Below the pieces are notes generated by a model. The model saw only the letters and a list, made by a program, of their open reading frames with translations, was not told the origin of the DNA and did not search any database. From Oceanispirochaeta sp. (GTDB lineage: Bacteria; Spirochaetota; Spirochaetia; DSM-2461), in the NCBI GenBank assembly GCA_963663385.2, contig CAXXXD010000002.1, positions 1,504,001 to 1,568,000 on the forward strand: DNA of 64,000 nucleotides, given 5' to 3'. Both the position numbers and the translations under genes were made by a program. Below are positions 8,942-18,851 of this stretch, piece by piece; the first letter of the stretch is position 1, and every line of letters begins with the position of its first letter.

Positions 8942-9786
8942 TGAAGAAATCCTGTCTGTTGATTCTATTCCTTTTTATGATTTCACCTGTTATTTCAGCC
9001 TTTCAGTGGCCTTCCGATCCGGAATTTCTTACCTATTCGTTCTGTGTGGAACTTGAGTATGGGATAAGTAAGGGGTTGCGCTTTGAAGGGGCAGAATCTG
9101 TTCGTCCATTTGATTCAGGGAAGGTCGTCTACCGCTACAGCCCGGATCCGTTTTCGCCTTTGCCCGGGAATCAGCCATCCCTTCTGGTTCTGGAGCATGA
9201 GAATGGATTCCAATCCGTTTATAAAGGATTGGAATCGGCAGATGTCGGGAATGTTCCGCCCTTTGTCAGTAGCGGGCAGATGATCACGGAGCATCCCTTT
9301 ACAGGTACCTACGGTTTTTATATCCGGGACGCCCGTCTGAAGAGGCTTGTGAACCCCCTGCTGCTTTTACCGGGGTTGAATGATGTTCAGGCCCCGGACC
9401 TTTTAACCTTGCGTCTGTATAGCCCTGACGGGGACGTCTATGATATAAAACAGAACGTTTCAATTCCTGCGGGTATTTATGGCGTATATGTACAGGTGCG
9501 TGACCGGATTAACCGGAAAAACCCTCTGGAGCTGATGCCATATACTATCTCTCTGTATAACCTGGGTACGCTGGAAGCTGAACGTAAACTGGATACGCTT
9601 GTACAGGCAGGAGACGTCCTTTCCCTGCAGGATGGTGTTCCGGCTGAGGATCTCTATAATGATGAGAGTTTTCTCTACCTGGGTGAAATGCTTCTGAATT
9701 CCGGAACGACATCTTTCGAGTTGACCATGGAAGATTTCTTCGGCAATGAGCTGAGTGTTGACTATGGTTTTCAGGTTTTGAGGTAG
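8938..9786 (+). CDS. Exported M23/LytM-fold protein, probably catalytically degenerate
   Basis: Signal peptide ending ISA-FQWP. VRPFDSGKVVY and LVLEHENGFQSVY resemble M23, but HxxxD and HxH are absent. Confidence 0.6.
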   Translation: MMKKSCLLILFLFMISPVISAFQWPSDPEFLTYSFCVELEYGISKGLRFEGAESVRPFDSGKVVYRYSPDPFSPLPGNQPSLLVLEHENGFQSVYKGLESADVGNVPPFVSSGQMITEHPFTGTYGFYIRDARLKRLVNPLLLLPGLNDVQAPDLLTLRLYSPDGDVYDIKQNVSIPAGIYGVYVQVRDRINRKNPLELMPYTISLYNLGTLEAERKLDTLVQAGDVLSLQDGVPAEDLYNDESFLYLGEMLLNSGTTSFELTMEDFFGNELSVDYGFQVLR

Positions 9787-9788
9787 GC

Positions 9789-10682
9789 ATGAAAACTTTT
9801 TCCAAAAAACCCGATGAGAACGAGGTTTCCGCGTCAATCTCCTGTCCCGTTTGCGGCGGCAACCGTTTTAAAACCTGCTGGGAGGCTGATACTGCCAGCT
9901 GGGTAAAATGTCACTCCTGCTCCCTTCTGTTGCAGAATCCTCAGCCTGTAAGCAAAGATATTCTTGAGCGTTATGATGAGGAATATTTTCAGTATGAACG
10001 GGAAAACGAAGAGGCTTTTCTGAATTTGATGTATCTGGGGTTGAGGGATATTGGTTTCGAGTCTCTTTCTTCCGCTTCCCGGGAGCCCGGGACCTTTCTC
10101 GATATCGGCTGTGCTACTGGCCGGCTCGCTGCTTCCCTGAGGGCGGAAGGGTGGCAGGCTGAGGGGGTTGAAGTCTGTCGTGCCGCCGCAGAGTACGGAA
10201 GCCGGAATTTTGGGGTTCCCATATTTCCGGGAACACTGGATGAAGCTGAATTCGATTCAAATTCCTTTGATATAGTACATAATTCCCATGTGATAGAGCA
10301 TGTTAATACTCCTGATCTGTTTATGGCGGAAATATACCGGATTCTGAAGCCGGGAGGCTATTATATATGCGCCACCCCCAATAGCCGGAGTCTGCAGGCT
10401 GTTCTTTTTCAGGAACGGTGGCGTTCTGCTATTGCTGATCATCTTTTTCTATTCTCTCTGAGGACACTGCCCAGATTAGCTGAAAACAATGGTTTCTCTG
10501 TTATCAGAAAAAAAACCTGGGGCGGTTTGGGAAGAGGGACGGCTCCCTCCTGGCTGAAGGATATCGCTGACCCTCTTGTTAAGGTTCTTGGCTGGGGAGA
10601 TGTTATGATCTATCTTTTTCAGAAACCTCCGGCAGGTGGAAGTCCGGTGCAAAATTCAGTATCTTTAAAAGGTCGTTTCTGA
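9789..10682 (+). CDS. Class I SAM-dependent methyltransferase with N-terminal Zn ribbon
   Basis: CPVC...CHSC, FLDIGCATG, HVIEHV, ILKPGG, TPN. Confidence 0.9.
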   Translation: MKTFSKKPDENEVSASISCPVCGGNRFKTCWEADTASWVKCHSCSLLLQNPQPVSKDILERYDEEYFQYERENEEAFLNLMYLGLRDIGFESLSSASREPGTFLDIGCATGRLAASLRAEGWQAEGVEVCRAAAEYGSRNFGVPIFPGTLDEAEFDSNSFDIVHNSHVIEHVNTPDLFMAEIYRILKPGGYYICATPNSRSLQAVLFQERWRSAIADHLFLFSLRTLPRLAENNGFSVIRKKTWGGLGRGTAPSWLKDIADPLVKVLGWGDVMIYLFQKPPAGGSPVQNSVSLKGRF

Positions 10683-12957
10683 TTTCTTCTTTGTGAAAAC
10701 TCAAGAGTCTCCTCCCTTCTTCAGAACCGAATAAAACGTCGTAGATCATTCCCTTCTGTGTATGGGTTATGGGCTTCCCCGGAATCGATCCCGTAGTTGT
10801 CAGGAGGATTTTCAGCTCTTTGTACGCTTTTTCCCATTCATCTCTATTGTGACTGTTTTTAATTCTCCACTCTTCGATTCCTCTGTCAAGGATTGTTCTA
10901 AGCCATACTGTCAGATCACCCGGGAGGGCAATTCCCCATTTGGAAGCTGTCTGGATTATCTTTTCAAAGCTGATCCAGGCATCGCTGATGCCCTGTTCCA
11001 TCAGGTAGGTGATCTCCCGCAGGGTATAGTAAAGGAGCGCATCGACAGATTCGTTTAAATGATGGTTGCCGGGTATACCGAGATGCATCATTTCATTTAA
11101 CTGGGACAGCATATCGCAAAACCTGTTGCTTATGGACCGGGACGATGTATTTCTGAAGATGGAAAGGGCTTTCATCAGTGATTTTTTAACTGGCAGTGAG
11201 AGATCTTCCGGGTAGAGCAGAACTGATTTCTGCCGGGATATGAGAGTCATCCGGGAAAAAAGTTTCTTTTCGGCCTGTATTTCAAAGCGGAAAGGTTCAT
11301 AACTCTGGGTATAGATGTTTTGCAGTACAATCTCTCCTGTATAAATATTCTCATCTGTTGTTTCTGCCGTGTATGATAAAACTTTATAAAACCCGAGAGA
11401 TTCGCGATCACAGTCAAGGCTGTAGAATCGACTGAGTATAAGAGAGGCTGCCATCTTGAATTTCTGCTTTTCTCTGTCGAATTTCCGGCTTGTGTACAGT
11501 ACGGCGCCATTTCCCATGGAAGGGTCATTGCTTTCCGCATCAGCCAGGCTTTCCAGCAGGGCCGGTTCGGGGGAGATTGAGAAGAATGGGGAGTAAAGAT
11601 CGATAGACCGCGCCGCATACATCAGGTTCTGCAGGGGCTCAATGCCGGAAATATCCGAGAAAAACCATCCGCAGGATGTGAACATGAACATCTTGTATTT
11701 TTGTCCTTCCAGCAGTCTGAAGAAGAGATTTTTATCGGAGGAAGATTTTTTACCGGAACCGTAATGTGTATAAAAATCATCTCCTTTTGACGGATTAAGC
11801 AGAACCTCTATATATTTATTGCGAATTTCCCAGGGATCCTTACCGGTCAGACGGCCCATCCCTTTTTGAAAAATGCGGTCGGTTTCTTCCGAAAGTCTGT
11901 TTAGTCCTTCTCTGAGGGGGGTGCGCCATTTCTGGTTCCATCCCTCTTTTCCTCCCGTGCTGCAGCCGCAGTCTTTATACCAGCGGGATACCCCGTGAAA
12001 GCAGCTCCAGGAGGATCCTTTATCCTCTTCCCCGCTCTGAAGCACCACTGTGCCGGCGGGTTCCACCCCATCCATCTGAGCGGCAAAGTTGCTCATCCGT
12101 TTGTCCTGGCTGTTTTGGATTTTTGACAGAAAGGCTGCCAGTCCCATGTTGCCCAGTCTTTCATGATGTCCGTAAATTTCGCCATCTGTGGCAATGGGAA
12201 GCTGACCGGATTCCGAAAGGTTTAATTCGGAATCGACCCGGTTGTAAAACTGATTGGCATCTCCTAAAAGATGTTGAAAGGAAATATCGCTTGAGAGGCC
12301 GGGGTGATAGAAGAATATTGTAAGATCCCCGCTGGGGCAGGGGAGTATCCAGGGACGCTGCCACAAAAGAGGGCTGTTGCCGGCTTTTACGGTTTTCTCA
12401 CTGTCCATGGTATAGTAGGCAGCCTGCCAGGGGGAGAGGACGGTAAAGCGTATACCTGCTCTGACCAGCTCATCTGCCGTTTCGGGATGAATGGCTGTTT
12501 CTGCCAGCCACATCCCTTCCGGATCCCGTTCAAAGTGGAATTGAAAGTCTCTGATTCCCCATTCAATCTGGGTCAGACGGTCTTTTTCGGAGGCAAGCGG
12601 AAGGATCATATGATTGTATACCTGTGCCAGGGCATTTCCGTGCCCTCCGTTTTTCTGCAGACTCTTCCGGTCGCCTTCCTTGATTTTCATATAGGTGGAA
12701 GGCGCGTTTTCTCTGATCCAGGAAAGAAGAGTGGGGCCGAAGTTGAATGAAAGGTATTCGTAATTGTTCAGTATACAGGAGGTTTCACCCTTCGGGTTCA
12801 ACACAGGTGACCATCCGTTTGCCTCGTAGCACTCTTCAAGTATTCTTTGATTCCAGTTGTCATAAGGTGCGGCGCTCTGCTGATCCTCGATTATTCCGGA
12901 CCAGGGGTTTTCTCTGGGGGGCTGGTAAAAATGACCATGAATAATTACTGTTTTCAT
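10603..12957 (-). CDS. Glycoside hydrolase family 57 protein (DUF3536-type)
   Basis: HGHFYQPPRENPW, FNFGPTL, HMILPL, WLAE nucleophile, TDGEIYGHH, WSCFHGVSRW, MFTSCGWFF. Confidence 0.92.
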   Translation of the reverse strand: MKTVIIHGHFYQPPRENPWSGIIEDQQSAAPYDNWNQRILEECYEANGWSPVLNPKGETSCILNNYEYLSFNFGPTLLSWIRENAPSTYMKIKEGDRKSLQKNGGHGNALAQVYNHMILPLASEKDRLTQIEWGIRDFQFHFERDPEGMWLAETAIHPETADELVRAGIRFTVLSPWQAAYYTMDSEKTVKAGNSPLLWQRPWILPCPSGDLTIFFYHPGLSSDISFQHLLGDANQFYNRVDSELNLSESGQLPIATDGEIYGHHERLGNMGLAAFLSKIQNSQDKRMSNFAAQMDGVEPAGTVVLQSGEEDKGSSWSCFHGVSRWYKDCGCSTGGKEGWNQKWRTPLREGLNRLSEETDRIFQKGMGRLTGKDPWEIRNKYIEVLLNPSKGDDFYTHYGSGKKSSSDKNLFFRLLEGQKYKMFMFTSCGWFFSDISGIEPLQNLMYAARSIDLYSPFFSISPEPALLESLADAESNDPSMGNGAVLYTSRKFDREKQKFKMAASLILSRFYSLDCDRESLGFYKVLSYTAETTDENIYTGEIVLQNIYTQSYEPFRFEIQAEKKLFSRMTLISRQKSVLLYPEDLSLPVKKSLMKALSIFRNTSSRSISNRFCDMLSQLNEMMHLGIPGNHHLNESVDALLYYTLREITYLMEQGISDAWISFEKIIQTASKWGIALPGDLTVWLRTILDRGIEEWRIKNSHNRDEWEKAYKELKILLTTTGSIPGKPITHTQKGMIYDVLFGSEEGRRLLSFHKEEIRNDLLKILNFAPDFHLPEVSEKDRS

Positions 12958-13055
12958 ATTACTATATTGACGGAAAAGGCTGATTCTTGTAAACAGTCAT
13001 AGGGCTAATGTGGAAAAATCTGTTTTGTTAGGTATCCGGTTGTAACCAAAACCTC

Positions 13056-13085
13056 TTGACATGGTTTAAGCATTTTCCCTACGAT
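13056..13085 (+). promoter_or_regulatory. Putative sigma70 promoter for DUF4912-GH57
   Basis: TTGACA-N18-TACGAT, 30 nt upstream of ATG 13116. Confidence 0.6.
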
Positions 13086-13115
13086 TAACTAATCATAAAT
13101 TGGAATGGGTAGCAA

Positions 13116-13865
13116 ATGACAAAAGAACGTCTTCATTCTTTCTCTTATGAACAGCTTATTGAAATTTCCAACAGAAGTAATGTCCTGGTAACTCCGGGAG
13201 TGGATAAAGATACTCTGGTGAGTATTCTTATTGATGCCTATGAGGAAGACCGTTTTGAACGGGAAGAGCTGAATAATCTGGCCATTCAGATGGAATCCAG
13301 AAAGTTTTCCATTTCTCAGGACGAAGAGATTGACCTGGGTATGGATGATGATCTGGAGTTGCCCCTGCGATATAATGATACGAGTATTACGGTTTTGCTG
13401 CGGGATCCTTCCTGGATTTTCTGTTATTGGGATCTGGAAGATAAAAAAGTAGCGGAAATTGAAGGAACCCCGGAATACAAAGGGCTGATCCTGAGAGTTG
13501 TTGAGCTGGATTCCTGTGAGTATTCTGATGATAATATTCTGGATTATTTCGATATTCCCATTAAAACAAGTGACTACAGACGTTATGTTAACCTTCCAAG
13601 CGAGGATACCTGTTACTGTGCGGAAATAAGGGCCATTATAGAAGAAAAGGATTATCTTATTGTCCGCTCAAATATAATTGAAACAACCCGGGAGTATGTT
13701 ACAGCTCCTCATGAAAATGATAGATCAAACAGCAGTGAATTGATCCGCCTATCCGGTTTTTCCTCCGAATTCGGTGATGCTCATGGTGTATCCGGATATC
13801 AGGAAATCCCCCAAAGGATTATTCCTATTCATGACTTGCTGAATGAGGAAAACTTTAATGATTGA
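13116..13865 (+). CDS. DUF4912 domain protein
   Basis: LPLRYNDT...LLRDPSWIFCYWDL...RSN signature. Sits directly upstream of a GH57 branching enzyme. Confidence 0.8.
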   Translation: MTKERLHSFSYEQLIEISNRSNVLVTPGVDKDTLVSILIDAYEEDRFEREELNNLAIQMESRKFSISQDEEIDLGMDDDLELPLRYNDTSITVLLRDPSWIFCYWDLEDKKVAEIEGTPEYKGLILRVVELDSCEYSDDNILDYFDIPIKTSDYRRYVNLPSEDTCYCAEIRAIIEEKDYLIVRSNIIETTREYVTAPHENDRSNSSELIRLSGFSSEFGDAHGVSGYQEIPQRIIPIHDLLNEENFND

Positions 13866-15462
13866 TACATTGAAAGATAAAAAAGGTATGCTCTCTCTTG
13901 TACTGCATACGCATCTTCCCTTTGTACGGCATCCGGAGCATGAAAAGTTTCTGGAGGAAGCCTGGCTTTTTGAGGCTATTTCTGAAACCTATCTGCCTCT
14001 TCTGCGTGTTTTCGGCAGGTTGGAAGCGGATGCTGTTCCTTTCAGGCTGACTGTTTCAGTCTCTCCGACACTGGCCCATATGCTTCAGGATGAGCTGCTG
14101 ATGCAGCGGTATGTTGATCATTTGAGTATGCTTCTGGAGTTGGGTTCCAGGGAACTGGAACGTAACCGGCAGGATGCGGAAGTTCTTAAACTGGCCAGGA
14201 TGTATTATGACTTTTACTCTCTCAATCTGAAAGAGTTTGAAGAGGTTTATGAGCGGAATATTCTGAAAAAATTCCGCTACTACCAGGATAACGGGTATCT
14301 TGAACTTATAACTACCTGTGCAACCCACTCTTTTCTGCCCCACTATCAGTCCTGTCCTGAAATGATAAGAGCCCAGATCATGACAGGCGTAGAGTCTCAC
14401 GACAGGGTTTTTTCAAAGATGCCATCCGGTATCTGGCTGCCCGAATGCGGTTATTTTCCCGGTGTGGAAGAGTATCTGCGTAATAACGGAATCAAATATT
14501 TCATATCATCCGCTCACGGGATGCTCTATGCGGAAGACAGGCCGGTATATGGTGTATATGCACCTATTAAATGTCCTAACGGCGTAGCTGCTTTTGCCCG
14601 TGACCGTTCTTCATCCAGGGCGGTCTGGTCTGCAACGGATGGTTACCCCGGTGATCCTGTATACAGGGATTTTTACAGGGATATAGGGTTTGATCTGCCT
14701 CTGGACTATATCGGTCCTTATATTAATGACGGGGTGAACCGTGTTAATACGGGATTCAAGTATCATGCTATTACCGGCATAACGGATCAGAAAAAATATT
14801 ATGATCCTGTTGCAGCAAAAGCTAAAGCCTATGAACATGCCAGGCTTTTTGTCGACAATCGTGTCAATCAATGCGAAACCCTGGGGCAGTATATGGACCG
14901 GCCTCCGGTCATCTCTGCGCCCTATGATGCGGAACTCTTTGGCCACTGGTGGTTTGAGGGACCGGACTTTCTTGAAGCTGTTATCCGTGAAGTTGCCAGC
15001 CGGAATTCCGAACTGGCCCTTGTCTCTCCTATGGATTATCTGGCGGCATACCCTGAAAATCAAACAACTCAACCTGTTTTTGCCAGTTGGGGGGATAAGG
15101 GATACGGGCAGGTCTGGCTTGACGGCAGTAACGACTGGATCTATCGTCACACCCATAAGCTGATAGAAAGGATGCAGGAGCTGGTAGAACGCTTCCCCGA
15201 TGAAAAGGGGCTTAAGGAAAGAACCCTGAATCAGGCTGCCAGGGAGGTCCTTTTGTCCCAGGCATCGGACTGGCCTTTTATCATGAAAGCCGGAACCATG
15301 GTGCCTTATGCCCGGAAAAGCATAAAGACTCATATCCATAACTTTAACTACATCTACGATTCTCTTTCAAGGAATACCATCAAGACCGAATGGCTGACCC
15401 GGCTGGAAAAGAAGGATAACATCTTTCCTTTTCTGGATTACAGGATTTTCAAGAAAGAATAG
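13858..15462 (+). CDS. GH57 1,4-alpha-glucan branching enzyme (DUF1957-type)
   Basis: LHTHLPFV, ETYLPL, WLPECG nucleophile, PYDAELFGHWWFEG, SDWPF. Confidence 0.93.
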   Translation: MIDTLKDKKGMLSLVLHTHLPFVRHPEHEKFLEEAWLFEAISETYLPLLRVFGRLEADAVPFRLTVSVSPTLAHMLQDELLMQRYVDHLSMLLELGSRELERNRQDAEVLKLARMYYDFYSLNLKEFEEVYERNILKKFRYYQDNGYLELITTCATHSFLPHYQSCPEMIRAQIMTGVESHDRVFSKMPSGIWLPECGYFPGVEEYLRNNGIKYFISSAHGMLYAEDRPVYGVYAPIKCPNGVAAFARDRSSSRAVWSATDGYPGDPVYRDFYRDIGFDLPLDYIGPYINDGVNRVNTGFKYHAITGITDQKKYYDPVAAKAKAYEHARLFVDNRVNQCETLGQYMDRPPVISAPYDAELFGHWWFEGPDFLEAVIREVASRNSELALVSPMDYLAAYPENQTTQPVFASWGDKGYGQVWLDGSNDWIYRHTHKLIERMQELVERFPDEKGLKERTLNQAAREVLLSQASDWPFIMKAGTMVPYARKSIKTHIHNFNYIYDSLSRNTIKTEWLTRLEKKDNIFPFLDYRIFKKE

Positions 15463-15497
15463 ACATGAAAGAATAAAAGGGAATTTCCTGTTGATTG

Positions 15498-15528
15498 GCT
15501 CCGGAATAGTATCCGGAGCTTTTTTTTT
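15498..15528 (+). terminator. Rho-independent terminator
   Basis: GCTCCGGA-ATAGTA-TCCGGAGC perfect 8-bp stem followed by 9 T. Confidence 0.9.
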
Positions 15529-15602
15529 ACCGTACAGCTATACATATGTATACCTTTTTTCTGTCTATTTAATAATTAGCCCAAACACTTTCTGAATCTT
15601 TG

Positions 15603-15631
15603 TTGACAATCAAATTTTCTGTATTTAAGAT
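15603..15631 (+). promoter_or_regulatory. sigma70 promoter of the mraZ/dcw operon
   Basis: TTGACA-N17-TAAGAT. Confidence 0.8.
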
Positions 15632-15673
15632 GGTAGCAAGTGGTAATTAGTGGTAAATTGTAGGAAGTTGTGG
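15630..15673 (+). promoter_or_regulatory. MraZ-binding direct repeats
   Basis: ATGG/GTGG/GTGG/GTAG/GTGG at 15630, 15640, 15650, 15660 and 15670, an exact 10-bp period. Confidence 0.8.
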
Positions 15674-16128
15674 AAATAAAGGGTATAAGAGGACAATTTA
15701 ATGGAACTCTTGATGAAAAAGGGCGGTTGATGCTCCCCGCAAAGCTGAGGAGCCAGCTTTCTGTGGATACCCTTGTATTGACAAAAAGTGTTGAACAGTG
15801 TTTATGGCTGTTTCCTGTTGAACGATGGAATAAGCTGGTTGAGGCTCTTACGGCCAGGAACTCATTGTTTAAAGAGCAGTACCAGCAAATTTACCGCCGG
15901 CTGATTGCACCGGCTGAAGAAATCGGAGTAGATAAGAGCGGGCGGGTTAAGCTTCTGCCTTCCCTTATGAAATCCGTCAGCCTGAACAGAGACTGCTATC
16001 TCATCGGTATGGACGACCATGTGGAAATCTGGGATGAGAGGAAATATGAAGAGTATGAAGAGGCTTGTGCCGCCTCTGTCAAAGAGGGCTGGAATAATCT
16101 GGCCGATATGGGAGATCTGGGGTTTTAG
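15670..16128 (+). CDS. mraZ: Transcriptional regulator MraZ
   Basis: Two DxKGR-type motifs (LDEKGR, VDKSGR), VEIWD. First gene of the dcw cluster. Confidence 0.95.
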   Translation: MEIKGIRGQFNGTLDEKGRLMLPAKLRSQLSVDTLVLTKSVEQCLWLFPVERWNKLVEALTARNSLFKEQYQQIYRRLIAPAEEIGVDKSGRVKLLPSLMKSVSLNRDCYLIGMDDHVEIWDERKYEEYEEACAASVKEGWNNLADMGDLGF

Positions 16129-16131
16129 AGT

Positions 16132-17103
16132 ATGGATATAGTACATTATTCCATTATGAAAGATGAGGTTTGCTCTTTTCTGGCACCTGCCGAAGACGCT
16201 CAGCTGCTGATCGATTGCACGATGGGTGAAGGCGGGCACTCCGAAGAATTCCTCAAGCGGTACTCCACTCTTAATGTTGTCGGTCTGGATGCGGATCCGG
16301 GGATTCAGGAGGTAGCCATGAAGCGTCTGGCGCCTTATGGCGACAGGGTCCGTTTTGTGCATACCTGGTTTGACCGGTATTTTGAATCCTACTCGGATGA
16401 AAGGCGGCCGGACCGGATTCTGATGGATTTGGGGATTTCCGTATTTCATTATGAGAAAAGCGGCAGGGGATTTACTTTCCGCAGGGATGAACCTCTTGAT
16501 ATGCGTCTTGATTCGGGCAACCCCCTCAGCGCTGAGGTCGTCGTCAACGAGTATGATGAAAATGCCCTGGCGAATATGATTTATGCCTATGGTGAGGAAC
16601 GGTACAGCAGGCGGATCGCCTCCGCCATCGTCCGGAAAAGGGCCGTTGAACCAATCAGAAGCGCCGCTGTTCTGGCGGATCTTATCTTTGAAGCCGTTCC
16701 CGGCAATTACAGGCACGGGCGGATTCATCCGGCTACCAGAACCTTTCAGGCTATCCGGATTGAAGTGAACGGAGAGCTGGACCGTTTGAAGAAAACCCTT
16801 GAAAATGCGGTGAACGTTATGAATATCGGTGGGCGTATCGGGATTATCACGTTTCATTCACTGGAAGACAGGATTGTAAAACGCTATTTTAAGGACCTTA
16901 ACCGCAGCTGTATATGTCCTCCCGAAGCACCCCGCTGTACCTGCGGGGATGTCCGTGTACTGGATATTCTGACAAAAAAACCGGTTGTTCCCACGGCGGA
17001 AGAGGTTAAAGAGAACTCACCCTCCAGGAGTGCTAAATTCCGGGTCGCGGAAAAAATCGCAGAACTTTCCGTTCGTGACGGCAAAGGGACGGTTTATGGT
17101 TAA
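16132..17103 (+). CDS. rsmH: 16S rRNA m4C1402 methyltransferase RsmH
   Basis: DCTMGEGGHS, DLGIS, PLDMR, HPATRTFQAIRIEVN, FHSLEDR, SRSAK. Confidence 0.97.
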   Translation: MDIVHYSIMKDEVCSFLAPAEDAQLLIDCTMGEGGHSEEFLKRYSTLNVVGLDADPGIQEVAMKRLAPYGDRVRFVHTWFDRYFESYSDERRPDRILMDLGISVFHYEKSGRGFTFRRDEPLDMRLDSGNPLSAEVVVNEYDENALANMIYAYGEERYSRRIASAIVRKRAVEPIRSAAVLADLIFEAVPGNYRHGRIHPATRTFQAIRIEVNGELDRLKKTLENAVNVMNIGGRIGIITFHSLEDRIVKRYFKDLNRSCICPPEAPRCTCGDVRVLDILTKKPVVPTAEEVKENSPSRSAKFRVAEKIAELSVRDGKGTVYG

Positions 17104-17371
17104 ACGGGCTGTTTCAATTCTGGCGTTGATGCTGTTTCCTCTGATGCTGTGTCTGAATATATGGCAGAGCTATCGCTTTCAGCAGCTGGAAGAGAATCTT
17201 GAGCGGCTGCAGGAACAGCAGATGGATCTTCTGGAGAAGAATAAACGTGCCCTGGCGGCGCTTGCTGTATACAGCTCCCCCTCACGAGTGGGAGCGCTGG
17301 CTGAAGAAGGATTGGGGTTGAAGAAGATAGAAAGCGAAGATGTTGTGCATATTGAGAGGTCCGGTCAATGA
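17096..17371 (+). CDS. ftsL: Cell division protein FtsL
   Basis: Small bitopic protein with a leucine zipper and SPSRV, directly after rsmH. ATG 17096. Confidence 0.8.
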   Translation: MVKRAVSILALMLFPLMLCLNIWQSYRFQQLEENLERLQEQQMDLLEKNKRALAALAVYSSPSRVGALAEEGLGLKKIESEDVVHIERSGQ

Positions 17372-18777
17372 TGAACCCTTTTTCTCTGTCCAGGATGATT
17401 GCTCTCAGTAAAGGCTATGTCTTTGGTGAAAAGGAACGCTTTGTTGAACCTCAGACTATTTGTATCGATTCGAGGGAAGCCCAGTCCAGGAGTCTGTTTG
17501 TCCCTTTGAAAGGTGAGCGGACTGATGGCCACTTTCATATCGAGTCTGCTGTCAGGCAGGGAAGCTGTGCTGTCCTCGTCAATCTGGATTGGGCGGAAAA
17601 ACATATTGAAAGCATGACGCTATGGTCTGAACGTTACGGTGTTCTTTTCTTTCCTGTAGACGATACCCTGAAAAAAATGCAGCAGTTGGCTGAAGAACAT
17701 CGAAGACGGTTCACGGCCCTGACTGTTGTGGGGGTTACCGGGAGTAACGGGAAAACCACAACAAAAGAGATGATCGCGGCCATACTGGGCTGTTATAAAC
17801 CGACTTATAAAAACCCGGGAAACCTGAATTCTGAAATAGGCCTGCCTCTTACTGTTTTGCGGATGCGCAATGTATACGACTATGCCGTGCTTGAAATGGG
17901 GATAAACCACATCGGCGAAATGGATATCCTGACCAGGATAGCAAAGCCGGGTCTGGCTCTTATTACGAATATCGGGCGTGCCCATATAGGGTTTATGGGT
18001 AGTCAGAGGAAGATCGCAGAGGAAAAGAGGAAAATCTTCTCACATTTTGGAGCGGATAATGCTGCTTTTATCTATGAAAATGAAGGATTTGACGCTATCC
18101 TGACTGAACATCTGAAGGGCGCTGTCAAATACTTCGGGGAACGTTCGGCAATAGGGCTGAAAGAAGTTGTTGACAGGGGAACCGAGGGGCAGGACCTGGT
18201 ATTTACCGACTATACCATACACCTCTCTCTGCCGGGGCGCCATAATCTTCAGAATGCTCTGGCTGCTATCTGCCTTGCCCAGCATTTGGGCGTTCCTTCT
18301 TCGTGTATTCAGGAAGGTCTGTCCGGGATGAATGCATCCTTCGGCAGAACCGAGATTCTGAAGGGCAGGGTGTGTGTTGTTCAGGATTGTTATAATGCCA
18401 ATCCCGACTCTGTTCTGGCCTCCATAAAAATGACCGTCTCTTTACCGACTGAGGGACGGCGTATTCTTGTGCTGGCAGATATGCTTGAACTGGGAGAGGA
18501 AAGCAGGGCGGCCCATGCAGCCCTTGGAGAATCTTTGTCCGCTGCTGATGTGGACCGGATATTTCTCTTTGGACAGGAGATGAAAGCGGCAAGGGATGTA
18601 TTATCCGGTTTACGGGATGATGTGGTGTATGCTTCGGACTTCAATGATCTGAAGGAACGGTTGCTGGGGTATGTGACTACCGGGGATCTCGTTCTTCTGA
18701 AGGGATCCCGTGGTATGGAACTGGAAAGGCTGACAAAGGAGCTCACCGGTTCCGGAGGGATCGAATCCGTCCCGTAG
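17368..18777 (+). CDS. murF: UDP-N-acetylmuramoyl-tripeptide:D-Ala-D-Ala ligase
   Basis: DSR, DGH, GVTGSNGKTTTKE, GNLNSEIGLP, DCYNANP, DMLELG, KGSRG. Confidence 0.95.
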   Translation: MMNPFSLSRMIALSKGYVFGEKERFVEPQTICIDSREAQSRSLFVPLKGERTDGHFHIESAVRQGSCAVLVNLDWAEKHIESMTLWSERYGVLFFPVDDTLKKMQQLAEEHRRRFTALTVVGVTGSNGKTTTKEMIAAILGCYKPTYKNPGNLNSEIGLPLTVLRMRNVYDYAVLEMGINHIGEMDILTRIAKPGLALITNIGRAHIGFMGSQRKIAEEKRKIFSHFGADNAAFIYENEGFDAILTEHLKGAVKYFGERSAIGLKEVVDRGTEGQDLVFTDYTIHLSLPGRHNLQNALAAICLAQHLGVPSSCIQEGLSGMNASFGRTEILKGRVCVVQDCYNANPDSVLASIKMTVSLPTEGRRILVLADMLELGEESRAAHAALGESLSAADVDRIFLFGQEMKAARDVLSGLRDDVVYASDFNDLKERLLGYVTTGDLVLLKGSRGMELERLTKELTGSGGIESVP

Positions 18778-18851
18778 GGACTGAAAGCCGACATAAACCG
18801 TCCTTGGAAGAGGGCGCTGAGTAATGAATTTTTCTATGTTCGGGAGGGGAC

